Shown here: piece after piece, positions 39,604-50,379 of the stretch
Layout: the number at the start of each line of letters is the position of its first letter
Numbering within the stretch: position 1 is the first letter of the stretch
IMG/VR virus record: IMGVR_UViG_3300035698_012962
Span: 32,001 to 96,000 of that record
Reading direction: 5' to 3' (one strand)
Length of the DNA stretch: 64,000 nt
Source: a virus
Program-made: the position numbers and the translations under genes
The notes under the pieces: model-generated
What the model was told of the DNA's origin: nothing
Databases searched by the model: none
The model's input: only the letters and a program-made list of their open reading frames with translations

Positions 39604-40590
39604 TTATTTTGATTTTTTAATTATAGTTTCTATAGAAGAACGTTCTACATTGTTCACAAATATTAATAATTTACCTCTGTATGTTCGTGTTCCTCTAAAA
39701 CTTATTCCGTTTGCTGGTTTTAACTTACTGACTATTGAACCAATTGGTTCAAAGTTTAATGTTGTGCTCCCATTTGCAGGGACTATATAGGTAGGTTGAA
39801 ATCCTAACCATGCTCTCCAATTTTTAGAGTCTTCAATATGTTGAACTCTTATATGAACTGATTCTTTGTTATTATTCGTAATTGAAACAGAAAATGGTAT
39901 AGTTGGTTTGGTGTTTCTATTATCTGCACTAACTTCAAAAAGTCCGATCGGATCTATTTTTACTTTATTTAGAGAGAATTGATCTATCAAATCATCAATT
40001 GGATCATCTGTATCATCAGGCAGCGTTCCATCATCTGGCACATCAGGTAGATCAAATTCCGTATCAAATTTTGAATTTGTTAATATCTCTTTCATTTTAG
40101 AACTATCGCCAGATATACGTAATTCACTTTTTAACTCTTCAATTTCTTTATTTGTAATTTCAATCGCAACTCTAGCCACATCATTCTGAGCAGCAATTGA
40201 AACTTTATCAATACCATATTCAATTGCTTTTTGTATAGCTTCTTTTAATAACGTTTCTAACTTTAAAATTTCATTATTCAATATTTGAAGTTGTGAAATT
40301 GAATTGGTTTTACCTGTCATGCTTTCTTCCAATTCGATTTGAAGTTGTTCTATTGCGGAATTTAAATCTCCAATTTCTTGTTGTAATTGATCATCTTCAT
40401 TAACTAAATTATTTAACTCACCTCTTAAACTATCATTAGATAATAACTTTTCATTATATATTTCAGTTAAAACTAAATCAGAATTCACATTTGGAAAATT
40501 AGGCTTTAACTCTACTACATTCGTATCTATCGCCCTTTTAAGTTGTGATACGTCATATATAGGTTTTTCTAAATTAGTTTTAACATTCAT
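39604..40590 (-). CDS. Coiled-coil + Ig-like structural protein
   Basis: Long heptad region, acidic linker, beta-rich C-terminus. Confidence 0.55.
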   Translation of the reverse strand: MNVKTNLEKPIYDVSQLKRAIDTNVVELKPNFPNVNSDLVLTEIYNEKLLSNDSLRGELNNLVNEDDQLQQEIGDLNSAIEQLQIELEESMTGKTNSISQLQILNNEILKLETLLKEAIQKAIEYGIDKVSIAAQNDVARVAIEITNKEIEELKSELRISGDSSKMKEILTNSKFDTEFDLPDVPDDGTLPDDTDDPIDDLIDQFSLNKVKIDPIGLFEVSADNRNTKPTIPFSVSITNNNKESVHIRVQHIEDSKNWRAWLGFQPTYIVPANGSTTLNFEPIGSIVSKLKPANGISFRGTRTYRGKLLIFVNNVERSSIETIIKKSK

Positions 40591-40591
40591 T

Positions 40592-41575
40592 TTATTTTAC
40601 AACTTTAAATGTAAATTTATTTTTATAATATTTTGTATCGTTATTTATAATTGTTTTAATAACTAATTCGTATACTCTTCCACTTTCCCAATCATTAAAA
40701 TCTAATATAATGTAGTTTCCTTTTTCATCACAACTAACTTTAGAATAATCTGAAAATGGAATTATAGTATCTTTTGTGATAAAATCTTGAACAGAAAAGA
40801 ATGTTGATGTAGGTAAATATTTATTAACACTGAATCTAAAATACTCATCAAAATCTTTTATTGGGAATTGATCCCTTGCGTTTATTCTAATTGTATAAAT
40901 ATTATCTACTTTATATGAATCATCAAATAATATAACTATTCTACTTTCATCAATATCAACAGGTAGTAACGAACCAGTAACGTGAGTTTGGTCATCCCAC
41001 CCTATTCTCAATTTCGGTTGATGTATTGTGTGTGATTCTTTACTAAAGAATTTTAATACACCTGTTCCATTAGTAGATGTTTCACCAAACTCATCAAATT
41101 TAATTAAAAATCCATCGTTAATAATTGAACCACTTATTACTTCACCAACTAATGGTAAAATATCTAATGCTAAATCTGCAGTGGAATATTCAAATGTATG
41201 AGATCCGGAAATGCTTGAATAATAATCACTTCCACTTTCTGCCCATTGTACATTTTCACTTTTTTCACTCCAATTAACACCTGTTATATCATTTTGTTCT
41301 AATTTTTTACCAATTCCCATATCCCAACTTCCAGATACTAAATATCCTTCGATGGAATAATCTAATGGTATTTCGGTACTTTCCGTTTCAGATAACAATA
41401 AAGTAGCTTCTTCTATATTATTGATATCTTCTAAATTAAAATGAATAAGAATCCTGCTTACACCACCTTCATAGTGAGTACTCCCTATCTCTAATATAGA
41501 ATCTAACCCAGTGTTTGTATTAGGGTTATTTTGATATATAGTAGCATCTTTTGTTGATTTTAATAATTTATACAT
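40592..41575 (-). CDS. Virion protein with DNRLRE-like domain
   Basis: KDATIY...NTG...LEIG, SRILIHF, FFSKE...PKL. Confidence 0.55.
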   Translation of the reverse strand: MYKLLKSTKDATIYQNNPNTNTGLDSILEIGSTHYEGGVSRILIHFNLEDINNIEEATLLLSETESTEIPLDYSIEGYLVSGSWDMGIGKKLEQNDITGVNWSEKSENVQWAESGSDYYSSISGSHTFEYSTADLALDILPLVGEVISGSIINDGFLIKFDEFGETSTNGTGVLKFFSKESHTIHQPKLRIGWDDQTHVTGSLLPVDIDESRIVILFDDSYKVDNIYTIRINARDQFPIKDFDEYFRFSVNKYLPTSTFFSVQDFITKDTIIPFSDYSKVSCDEKGNYIILDFNDWESGRVYELVIKTIINNDTKYYKNKFTFKVVK

Positions 41576-43587
41576 TATAGTACTCGTCCTCGGATATCTT
41601 GGTTTGGGTATTTCAATTCAAACACACATGGATCTAATGAAGGGTAAATCATGCGGTTCTGTGTAGAATCTTTAATATTATATGAGTTAGGTGAATATAC
41701 ACCCCCACATTTATTTTTAATTTCTAAAGATGGAACAGCTGATACACCTTCTATTCTTGCTATCAATACTTCTATTTCACTTAAATTTATCGGCATGTTA
41801 AATGTCCAGTTATCAATATTGAAATAATCTTTTAGTTCTTCAATGGCCTCTAATAATACTTCTCTTTTATTATAGTTTGGATATACAATAATATCAAATT
41901 CTACTCCGATGTTTACGATAAACCCATCAGTAATATTAACACCATCTGTTAGCATTCGATATTCATTTAAATATGTTTTTAAATTTTGCTTGATTGCGGG
42001 ATTAATATTTGTTAAATTTTGATTAGAATCATAACCTAAAACATATAAGTTAACGGCAAACGGATTGTTTTTTTCATCATAGTTATTTTTCTTTCCAACT
42101 AAAAAGTTCTTAACACTTTCTTTCACTTCATTCTTATCTATATCAACGCGAGATGAATATTCCAATATCAAATTAGAAAATTCTTCTAATGAAGAAGGGG
42201 TAGATAGAATAGAAGCAGGTGAATTATTATCCAATTCTCCGTCTGCAGTAGCGTATGCCTTTGTTACACTTCCATATTTTGGTGGAAGTGATAATGTTCG
42301 AACTATATAATCTTTTTTAGTTACTGCTCTGTTCTGTGCTCCAAAATTTGCTAAAGAGTTTTCTCTTATTTCCTCTAATGATTCAGCTCCTCTCCCACCA
42401 ACTGCTGGTACTTCATTTTCAACTGCCACTGAAGATTGAATGGATGTTACTAATTGAACTTGTTGTGGAGATAACGTAGAAAAGTCCACATCAAATTCTA
42501 TATTCACGATTCTAGTCAGATCACCTACTGCTACGTTTGTTTCTAAACCACCTCCTTTAAGATATTTAATTGTTAATGTTGTGTTCGCAGGCGATAGACC
42601 GTATGATCGTGTTTTTAAAAAGTTTGTAGGATCGAATGAATCATTTACCCTACTGATTGAATTTCTTGAACCAAGACCTACATTTTTAAAGTTGGGAACT
42701 AATAATTCATCTCTATTTTCTGGGTTTCCTACTCCAAATGTCAATGTAGTTGTATTATTTTCATTAACCTTTGTTACAAATCTTCTTGGTGTTTTTAATA
42801 ATTTTAAAACGTATGGTACTGAATTTTTATACTGTGATAATGAAGGATCGTTTATCTCTGTATTAGGATAATCTATATATATCATTTCTTGTGCTAAATA
42901 CGGAACTTCATACCATTTTGTTCCATTTTCATCCCTAACATCTTCTATTGAGATAACATTTGTATCTGTTAAATTAATCGTATTAAATGGTGTTGGTGAA
43001 CCAAAATCAAATGATCTAGTTTCAACTGTAGCTGATATCGCATCTATGTATTTTTTAACCAAATAAAACTCTGGCACATCAGTTGTTTCATTAGTTTGAT
43101 ACACAGAAATCTCTCTGTCATATTCAACTGAAAAATCTAGCGATTCAGTAGTAACAAATCGAAGTTCGGAATTAGATTGTGATTCCACTTCCATTCCAGG
43201 TTTAATCTTTATAAAATATCGTTCATCAGGTACGTATTCTCCACTCTTTTCAATAGATGGTACTAACTGATATACCGTTAGTGTCGTTATTGCAGGTGAA
43301 GTTACTTTTGGTTTATATCCTAAGTATTGCGCTAATGATAAAACATTTCGCTTATCTTGTGCGTGAACCATTAATGATTCTTTTAATGTATCGTCAATAT
43401 AATATGATAGTACATCACCTACATAAGAACTCATTTCAATAAATAACATTCCCGGTGATGATTCATTAAAATCCGAAAATGTTTTTGGAAAGTATGTTTT
43501 AGAAAAATCAATAAGTTGTTCTCTAAAAGATGAAAAATCTTTATTTAAGTATTGAATATTTCGTTTTTGTATTTTTGGTGTTGCCAT
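41575..43587 (-). CDS. Baseplate wedge protein (gp6/baseplate J-like)
   Basis: YLNKDF, DFNESSPG, LAQYLGYKP, GGRGAESLEEIR, QNRAVTKKDY. Confidence 0.9.
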   Translation of the reverse strand: MATPKIQKRNIQYLNKDFSSFREQLIDFSKTYFPKTFSDFNESSPGMLFIEMSSYVGDVLSYYIDDTLKESLMVHAQDKRNVLSLAQYLGYKPKVTSPAITTLTVYQLVPSIEKSGEYVPDERYFIKIKPGMEVESQSNSELRFVTTESLDFSVEYDREISVYQTNETTDVPEFYLVKKYIDAISATVETRSFDFGSPTPFNTINLTDTNVISIEDVRDENGTKWYEVPYLAQEMIYIDYPNTEINDPSLSQYKNSVPYVLKLLKTPRRFVTKVNENNTTTLTFGVGNPENRDELLVPNFKNVGLGSRNSISRVNDSFDPTNFLKTRSYGLSPANTTLTIKYLKGGGLETNVAVGDLTRIVNIEFDVDFSTLSPQQVQLVTSIQSSVAVENEVPAVGGRGAESLEEIRENSLANFGAQNRAVTKKDYIVRTLSLPPKYGSVTKAYATADGELDNNSPASILSTPSSLEEFSNLILEYSSRVDIDKNEVKESVKNFLVGKKNNYDEKNNPFAVNLYVLGYDSNQNLTNINPAIKQNLKTYLNEYRMLTDGVNITDGFIVNIGVEFDIIVYPNYNKREVLLEAIEELKDYFNIDNWTFNMPINLSEIEVLIARIEGVSAVPSLEIKNKCGGVYSPNSYNIKDSTQNRMIYPSLDPCVFELKYPNQDIRGRVL

Positions 43588-43588
43588 A

Positions 43589-44023
43589 TTATCCTGTTAT
43601 AGTAAATTGTATTGTATCTGTTTCTAGCGTCTTTCCCATTTTAAACTCTAACGTAACATCTATTCTATTTCTATCTATATTTTCTGGTGATAAATCTACA
43701 TCTATATTTTCTATTACGATATAAGGTAACCATTTTTTAATAGCACTATCTATTGAATCAAATACTCTATCTGAGAAATTTTCATCATTAATTTGTTCAA
43801 ACATTAATTTATGAAGATCTGTACCAAAATCAGAGTGTATTATTCTCTCACCCTTTCTAGTTTGTAATAAATTTCTTAAATTTGATTTGGCTTGCTCTAT
43901 TGTTGTGTAGTTAATATCGAAATATGAACGATTACCTCTTTCAATGGGAAGTTTTAATCCTAGTCCGTAATCACCAAATTCGGTAGTATCAACTACATTC
44001 TTTCTTCCTATTTCGTAAGCCAT
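43589..44023 (-). CDS. Baseplate wedge subunit (gp25/GpW-like)
   Basis: NLRNLLQTRKGER...DFGTDL...KWLP. Confidence 0.9.
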   Translation of the reverse strand: MAYEIGRKNVVDTTEFGDYGLGLKLPIERGNRSYFDINYTTIEQAKSNLRNLLQTRKGERIIHSDFGTDLHKLMFEQINDENFSDRVFDSIDSAIKKWLPYIVIENIDVDLSPENIDRNRIDVTLEFKMGKTLETDTIQFTITG

Positions 44024-44027
44024 TTAT

Positions 44028-44657
44028 TTATTTCTTTTTATTCATATGTTTCATTAATTCTGAGTAATCTCTTGTTAATGCCTTTATAACTGGCTGTGTA
44101 TTCGGATCGTTAATATCAACAGTCCTACCAGAGTGAGTTGAAGAAGGAATCATAGATGCTTTAGAAAACTCACCATATCCTAATTTTTGTGCTAAATCTC
44201 CCTGTCCATTTGAACTTCTACCTGCTACACTATTTACATTACTTGAATTTACACTAATTGTACGTTCATCTGTTTCAAACGGTATAGTAGAATCATACCC
44301 ACCCGCCATTTGTCCTGGTTTATAATTAGATGCAGTTTCATTTAACATTTTATTAATCATAGGATCTTTACTAAAATTCTTTTCCTGTTCTCTATGAGTG
44401 TTCAGTGCTGCTTCCGCTTTATCGAACGGATCTTCAATTTCATCTAATTGTGTTTGTTTAGATGGAGTAGTATTGCTTGAAGTTACAGTTACTTTTTTAG
44501 TTTCCTTCAAAATTCTCTTTTCTGCTTTCTTTACTTCAAATTTAACCACTTCTTTAACTAATTTTGGAAGATTCTTTTTAATCTCTTCTTTAATTAGTAT
44601 TTGTATAGCTTCTAATAACTTATCAGTATTAATTTTATTTTTTTTACCAGTATTCAT
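44028..44657 (-). CDS. Late hypothetical protein
   Basis: Late motif at 44682; repeated IKEE/VKE/LNE segments; C-terminal ALTRDYSELMK. Confidence 0.65.
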   Translation of the reverse strand: MNTGKKNKINTDKLLEAIQILIKEEIKKNLPKLVKEVVKFEVKKAEKRILKETKKVTVTSSNTTPSKQTQLDEIEDPFDKAEAALNTHREQEKNFSKDPMINKMLNETASNYKPGQMAGGYDSTIPFETDERTISVNSSNVNSVAGRSSNGQGDLAQKLGYGEFSKASMIPSSTHSGRTVDINDPNTQPVIKALTRDYSELMKHMNKKK

Positions 44658-44714
44658 TTTATTAATATTTTGTTTGTACTATATAAATATAAAAAACATA
44701 AAAAATGGATAAAA

Positions 44715-45293
44715 TCATTTAACCATATAACCAGTCCAAAAAATAATACCTGGACCCGGAGTGCCAAATGGTGGATATAAAGAAGTAGTCGTTATTAATC
44801 CTGATACGGTTTGAAGATGTGCCTGTGCTATAATAATAAAATTATCTAACCATCCTTCAACATTTTGTGTAGGTAGTGTAGGTAAGTCAATTGTCCACTG
44901 TCCTGGATTGACTATTGTGTGTGAAATAATTCCTATATTGGAAAATGAACCTGGAGCTGGTATCCAAGGGATTCCTGTTCCTGGTGGTGATTTAGGTGAG
45001 GGAAATGTTGCACCAATTCCTCCTGTCCAATAACTCATAACTGCATTTCCTAAATTTCGTAATAAGGGTCCTTGGTTTGGATTTCGCTGTTGTATTAATA
45101 ATGTACCATTCACTATTGTAGACATTATTTCAGTATTTCCTTTTTGTAGTGGTACGTAGTTTACCATATCGTATCCTCTACGGATGCAACTATCATATTC
45201 ACTTACAAACTTACGAACATAATCATCTACTGAAACAGAATTTGGATTCTGTTGTAGTTGTGTCATTCGTTGTTTAAAGATTTGCCATGACAT
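44715..45293 (-). CDS. Baseplate spike-associated hypothetical protein
   Basis: Pro/Gly-rich ORF immediately after the spike-like gene. Confidence 0.55.
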   Translation of the reverse strand: MSWQIFKQRMTQLQQNPNSVSVDDYVRKFVSEYDSCIRRGYDMVNYVPLQKGNTEIMSTIVNGTLLIQQRNPNQGPLLRNLGNAVMSYWTGGIGATFPSPKSPPGTGIPWIPAPGSFSNIGIISHTIVNPGQWTIDLPTLPTQNVEGWLDNFIIIAQAHLQTVSGLITTTSLYPPFGTPGPGIIFWTGYMVK

Positions 45294-45294
45294 T

Positions 45295-46563
45295 TTAAGA
45301 AGTTTTATTCTGTTTACTTAACATTGTTCTTAATTTAGATTTTATATTTCTAAATTGTGTTTGATTTAATGGGGCAACGGATGTTGGCCCTGAAGGGGTA
45401 GCGTATGATTGTTTAAGAATAGCATCAATCATGTCCGACATCAAATCTAATAAAGTATCACCCAATACCACAGGTTCTAATCCCTTATTACCCAAATTGA
45501 TCTTACCGTTACCAGTATTAAGAAATATGTTTTTATCGTTTGTAATAATATCAATATTATCTTTTACTTCACCAAAAATACCACCTCTTAGATCAAATGA
45601 GAAATTGCTATCACTTATTATCCCTATATTCCCCTTTGAATAGAATAACGTTTCAGCACTTCTAGATGAAAAAATTAATCTACCAGATGAGAGGATAACT
45701 TGATCACCTTTCAGTGTGTTTGGGTAATTTTTAAATGAATTAGGTTTGGTTTTAAAATCACTATTGAAGTTTTTATCAACAGTACCAGGAATAAAATTAA
45801 CAATTCTACTTCCAGATGTTATCCATATAGAAGTACCATCTCTATTCACATCTTCTGTTGTTATATCACCTATTAGCTTATCATTTTTAGAAAGAGAACT
45901 TTCGCTATTTCTAATTAAGATAGATGGATTAAAATCTTTCTTTGATTTTCCACCTTCATACCCATTAAATCTAATTGATTGTCCAAATCGGCTTTCTAAT
46001 AAAACATCTCCTTCGAATAACTCCAATCTATGTATTTTTTCATCACCTTTAAACTTATCACCTAATACATTGTCTTTATTATTTTTTACTGGATTATTTC
46101 TTGGTATACCTGTTTTACTATTTTTTGAGTAAGATGGGATTGGATTTGGGGTAGGTTCATTAAATTCCTTTGCATCCTTTAATGATTCTAAAAGAGTAGA
46201 ATCTGCTGTAACATTTGGAGTATTGTGTGAGAAAATTACTTTATAGTAGAAATCTCCCGATACTTCAATTAATTCAACTATTTCGTTTTTTAAAGGTAGT
46301 CGAATGAAGTTTCTATCATATGGGAATGCAATGTCAAAGTTATTTTCATCAATAACTCCCTGTGATATGTGTGAGAATCGAATTGCTCCAATATAATTTG
46401 TTCCTTTTGGTAAGGTATCATTTTCTACGTCTAAATCTGGGATAATATCATTATACTCATCAATATTTAGAATAATATCGTTTACTACACCTAATTTATT
46501 AGATTTAGAATGAGAAGGAGTTTGGGATAGATTGGTAGATATATTTGAAATACTTTTTATCAT
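45295..46563 (-). CDS. Baseplate hub/spike protein (gp5/gpV-like)
   Basis: PLKNEIV, EGDVLLESRFGQSIRF, beta-rich region, EPVVLGD...TPSGPTS apex. Confidence 0.7.
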   Translation of the reverse strand: MIKSISNISTNLSQTPSHSKSNKLGVVNDIILNIDEYNDIIPDLDVENDTLPKGTNYIGAIRFSHISQGVIDENNFDIAFPYDRNFIRLPLKNEIVELIEVSGDFYYKVIFSHNTPNVTADSTLLESLKDAKEFNEPTPNPIPSYSKNSKTGIPRNNPVKNNKDNVLGDKFKGDEKIHRLELFEGDVLLESRFGQSIRFNGYEGGKSKKDFNPSILIRNSESSLSKNDKLIGDITTEDVNRDGTSIWITSGSRIVNFIPGTVDKNFNSDFKTKPNSFKNYPNTLKGDQVILSSGRLIFSSRSAETLFYSKGNIGIISDSNFSFDLRGGIFGEVKDNIDIITNDKNIFLNTGNGKINLGNKGLEPVVLGDTLLDLMSDMIDAILKQSYATPSGPTSVAPLNQTQFRNIKSKLRTMLSKQNKTS

Positions 46564-46955
46564 TATTCTATTTCAAATTTCTTTTTTAGGGAATTTACTT
46601 CACTTTCAAATACTTCTACTTCATTATTAATTCTTAATTCTTCAACACTATCGAGTAATTGCTTCTTTTCATCTTCTGTTAATATATTACTACCCTCATC
46701 TACCTTATTGGTAACAGATTGAATCTTTTGTGCGATTTGAGCTAATTTGATTAATTGCTCATCGTTTTTTACAGCCTCTTTCATTAAATCACTAATCAAT
46801 GGAAGTAAATTAAGTAAATCTGCTTTCTCTACTATTTTAAGACGTACCTCGTCTATAAAAGAATTGATTTTTATTTTTTTCTGTACTTGGTTAGTGTAAA
46901 TATCTTCGAATAAATCTGATAGTTTTTTTCCCTTAAATAATGTATAATCTTCCAT
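46563..46955 (-). CDS. Late hypothetical helical protein
   Basis: Late motif at 46976; VKNDEQLIKLA...LTEDEKKQLL. Confidence 0.6.
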   Translation of the reverse strand: MEDYTLFKGKKLSDLFEDIYTNQVQKKIKINSFIDEVRLKIVEKADLLNLLPLISDLMKEAVKNDEQLIKLAQIAQKIQSVTNKVDEGSNILTEDEKKQLLDSVEELRINNEVEVFESEVNSLKKKFEIE

Positions 46956-46999
46956 AATATAGTTATCCCTTTAACTATAAATATATAAAGAAATTATTT

Positions 47000-47725
47000 T
47001 CAGTACCAAAACCCGTTTTCTTCTGTATCGCTTATATCACCATTTTCAAAGAAGTCACTCATTATCTGTTGATTATATTCTTTCATTACTTTAATAACCT
47101 TTGTAATGTAGTGAGTTTTAACACCCGTCATTTCTCTGATAAGAAGATATAAATGTTTTTTATTGAAGTTTTCTACATATTTAGATCTTCTTAATAACTC
47201 TAATATAGAATCCGCGATTTGCATATCTCTCTTTTTGATAAAGATTGAGTTTAGATTTGCTTCCCAAAAATCTAATATAATGTGTTTTAGTTCTTGGTAT
47301 TCATCACTTAATTCTTGTTCATCAAAATCATTTTCAATATCCCAATACACCGGCATTTCCGATATATGAGTAAGTTTCTTGACCTTTTTATAGCCCTTCA
47401 TATTACTCATCGTTAAATGATTTCTTGCAATAACCGTGAAGTATGAAAAGGCCTTTCCCTTCCCCTCCTCATACATATGAATTTTTTCAATTAACTGTGA
47501 AACAATTTCTGCTTTACTGTCTTCAACATCCGTTTCTAAATAAGAAGTGGATGACTTGAATGTATGATATGCATTTTCTGCTAATTTTTCAAATGGGTAT
47601 TGAATATACTCATTATATATTTTATTTTTCTTAGCTCTATCATTTGTATTATTATACCGTATTATAGCTTCTTCTGTCTCTTTTGTAAAGTAATTTTTAC
47701 TCTTTTTCTTTTTCGTTTTCGTCAT
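47000..47725 (-). CDS. Phage RNA polymerase sigma factor (gp55-like, putative late sigma)
   Basis: NYFTKETEEAI, PFEKLAEN, region-2-like GKAFSYFTVIARN; start MTKTKKKK preferred. Confidence 0.7.
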   Translation of the reverse strand: MTKTKKKKSKNYFTKETEEAIIRYNNTNDRAKKNKIYNEYIQYPFEKLAENAYHTFKSSTSYLETDVEDSKAEIVSQLIEKIHMYEEGKGKAFSYFTVIARNHLTMSNMKGYKKVKKLTHISEMPVYWDIENDFDEQELSDEYQELKHIILDFWEANLNSIFIKKRDMQIADSILELLRRSKYVENFNKKHLYLLIREMTGVKTHYITKVIKVMKEYNQQIMSDFFENGDISDTEENGFWY

Positions 47726-47993
47726 AAATTGTAGTATTTCCACTGATTAATTTGTAATAAAATTGAATCATCTCTTTAAGTTGTGTAAAGATAGTTCCAA
47801 CTTCATCGTCTTTTTCAAACATTTGTTGATTATCAATCTCTCGTAAGTCTGATAGTAATTTATTAATTAATACAAAAATTCGAATACGATCTTCTTCGTA
47901 CGTTTCTATTTTCTTTATAGAATTCCAACATGCATATGTTAGTACTAAATTAATTATCATTGAAATGATTAATACGATTACAATTGTTTCCAT
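47697..47993 (-). CDS. Small membrane protein
   Basis: N-terminal TM, then FEKDDEVG. Confidence 0.65.
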   Translation of the reverse strand: METIVIVLIISMIINLVLTYACWNSIKKIETYEEDRIRIFVLINKLLSDLREIDNQQMFEKDDEVGTIFTQLKEMIQFYYKLISGNTTIYDENEKEKE

Positions 47994-48002
47994 ATTCTTT
48001 GT

Positions 48003-48557
48003 TTAAAGGTTAAATGAATATCCACTAAAGTTATGTAGATATTCTGTTATTGAGGTTCCATTTCCATCTTGTGATACTTCACCATATTGTAAGTATCTAC
48101 GTGTTCGATATGGTCCCAGTAAATGTGCTGCTGCCAATATTCCGCTTTTTGTTATTTGATTTCCGTTTATAACAGATCCATCATATTGGTAAATGAAATC
48201 TTCTAATATTTCTTTATTATGATTTAAAAGAGTGATCATTACTTCATCTTGCAATAAAGAATTATTAAGGAACTCGTATCGTGTAATATCATAACCTAGT
48301 CGTTTAATTAATGAAAAGGAAAACTGATATTTACCCATATACCCAAATCTATTAATTACATAATGTCTATTATTAGATTCTTTATATGCTATCGCTGTTA
48401 AAAAATCATTTAGACCAGGAGGTGGTGGCAACTCTTTTATTTCATCTATATATACCACTTTAGTTTCAGTTGGTATATAGTGATTAATCTTTTTTAATGA
48501 TATTCCTGATAAATTTGCTATTAAAAATATTAATACAAATGTTATTTTAGTTTTCAT
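48003..48557 (-). CDS. Lysozyme-like/lytic transglycosylase with N-terminal signal
   Basis: Catalytic-type ES (AYKESNN), GKYQF, GILAAAHLLG. Confidence 0.7.
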   Translation of the reverse strand: MKTKITFVLIFLIANLSGISLKKINHYIPTETKVVYIDEIKELPPPPGLNDFLTAIAYKESNNRHYVINRFGYMGKYQFSFSLIKRLGYDITRYEFLNNSLLQDEVMITLLNHNKEILEDFIYQYDGSVINGNQITKSGILAAAHLLGPYRTRRYLQYGEVSQDGNGTSITEYLHNFSGYSFNL

Positions 48558-48588
48558 TAGTTTTATATTAAGTTAGTATTAGTATAGA

Positions 48589-48816
48589 TTATGCATCTCC
48601 ACCTTCACCCCAGTATAATTCAGAAATTTCAGATGGATCAGCTTTTTTATTTATTGATTTTTTTTCTTTAATCTTTTCAATTCGGTTTTTTAAATTAACA
48701 GAATATTCATCTTTATCAATAATATTATTAATATACAACATATCTAACAAAGAGTCAATTATTGCACCATAAAAAACTAAAGTTGTTTGTAATACTTTAA
48801 TTTGTTTCTCATCCAT
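48589..48816 (-). CDS. Hypothetical protein
   Basis: ORF coupled to neighbours. Confidence 0.6.
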   Translation of the reverse strand: MDEKQIKVLQTTLVFYGAIIDSLLDMLYINNIIDKDEYSVNLKNRIEKIKEKKSINKKADPSEISELYWGEGGDA

Positions 48817-49051
48817 TTAATAAAAATTTGGTTTTTTCTACAAAATCTTCTTCATCCTCATCATCTCCAAATGATTTTCTTATACTTGAATTTGCATATC
48901 CTACTGAATACGCAAGTCGCATACACATCCTCTTAAATTCTTTTATATCCATATCAATAGGTACTTCAAATTTAATTTTCGTAGCTTCCCTGTTATCATT
49001 AGATTGTACCTCATATGATAGTATACATTTTTCTTCTTTATAATAATTCAT
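48809..49051 (-). CDS. Hypothetical protein
   Basis: ORF overlapping neighbours' stop/start. Confidence 0.6.
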   Translation of the reverse strand: MNYYKEEKCILSYEVQSNDNREATKIKFEVPIDMDIKEFKRMCMRLAYSVGYANSSIRKSFGDDEDEEDFVEKTKFLLNG

Positions 49052-49796
49052 AATTTCCTGTTTTCATTAGTTTAGTAGCATGTTTGTACTTTATATACAT
49101 CGTCGTATCATCATCCACATTTTTAATCATAACTTTTTCGTTTCTACCATAAGTATTAGTTTTTTCAATTTGTGGATTATAACGTACTAAATCATCTGTG
49201 ATTAACAACCCATCCAAATGCCCAATCTCATGTTGAACTACTACAGATTCAAGTAAACCTTCGTCCTTCAATAATTCATTTCCACCTTGTTTCCATTTAG
49301 TAGAATCTGGGCCGAATTCAATTATACCCAAATTATCTGTTTTAATAGTTATATGAGAAACCCTCATTGTTCGTTTTGGTTTTTTAATTGTCTTTGGTAT
49401 AGATAAGCAAGATTCTACATATACGATTCGCTCTCCAGCAGTATCCGTACTCACATGGCCCCATTTAACAATTGTAGGGTTAATAAGAACCAATGGTTCT
49501 TTTACGTTTACAATACATGCTCTATGTGGAACTCCTATTTGATTTGCTGAAAGACCTAACCCTCCTTCTTTTATTAAAGTAACAAACAACTCTGCAGTTA
49601 CCTTATCCATTTCATCTTTAGTCATTTCCGATTCTTCTACCTTTTGTTTTAGTATAGAAGTATCTGTTGTGATTTGTCTAGGTGTAGTATTTTCTACAAC
49701 TTCTTTTGATAAATACTCTAACCCTTCATTGGCTTGGTTAGGCACATTATCTGATATGTTTATATCTTCATCCATTTCTTGTATTTTATTTTGCAT
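49038..49796 (-). CDS. def: Peptide deformylase
   Basis: GLGLSANQIG, ESCLS (EGCLS variant), QHEIGHLDG. Confidence 0.9.
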   Translation of the reverse strand: MQNKIQEMDEDINISDNVPNQANEGLEYLSKEVVENTTPRQITTDTSILKQKVEESEMTKDEMDKVTAELFVTLIKEGGLGLSANQIGVPHRACIVNVKEPLVLINPTIVKWGHVSTDTAGERIVYVESCLSIPKTIKKPKRTMRVSHITIKTDNLGIIEFGPDSTKWKQGGNELLKDEGLLESVVVQHEIGHLDGLLITDDLVRYNPQIEKTNTYGRNEKVMIKNVDDDTTMYIKYKHATKLMKTGNYELL

Positions 49797-49801
49797 ATTA
49801 T

Positions 49802-50371
49802 TTATTTTTGATTTAGTGCCTTTGCTATTTTATTTCCTAATTTTTTATATTCATCTGTTTGTTCCAATCCTACTTGTAAATGTCTAAGTGAATTTTTAGA
49901 TGGGTCTATACCTGTTATTTTCGGTGGTAATAATTTCCAAATAAAATCTTTTTGTTCTTGTGTAATTCCATCTTTATTTATCACTTCAGATGCTGTGATA
50001 GGTGGAGTTCGAGGCCAATTCCTCTCCGAGCCAACTCTTAATCTAGCTCTAATTACTTTTTTGTCTTGAAAATAATCATCTGTAGCTTTGTTGAATTCTT
50101 CAATTTCTAATAAGTTTTGTTCTAATATAGTATCTATTAATTTACCAGCTAGTTGTCTTCGTACTTCTTTTAACAATGCTTCTCTTTCATGTGGGTGATG
50201 GTGTGGATGATTCATTGTGTCATCTATAGTTACCTCTGCTACAATTTCGGTTGATTGTGGTTTTGAAGGTGGTTGATAGGTTGGACGATATACACCCTCA
50301 AAATCAGCTATTGATGCGTTGTAATTTTTAATCCACTCTTTATCTATATTGTTAAAATTTAAAAGTGCCAT
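49802..50371 (-). CDS. Hypothetical protein
   Basis: 189-aa ORF with His-rich HPHHHPH. Confidence 0.6.
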   Translation of the reverse strand: MALLNFNNIDKEWIKNYNASIADFEGVYRPTYQPPSKPQSTEIVAEVTIDDTMNHPHHHPHEREALLKEVRRQLAGKLIDTILEQNLLEIEEFNKATDDYFQDKKVIRARLRVGSERNWPRTPPITASEVINKDGITQEQKDFIWKLLPPKITGIDPSKNSLRHLQVGLEQTDEYKKLGNKIAKALNQK

Positions 50372-50379
50372 TGTTATAC

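Noticed and set aside
50190-50215. HPHHHPH as a metal-binding system
   Set aside because: Too short and lacks supporting context.
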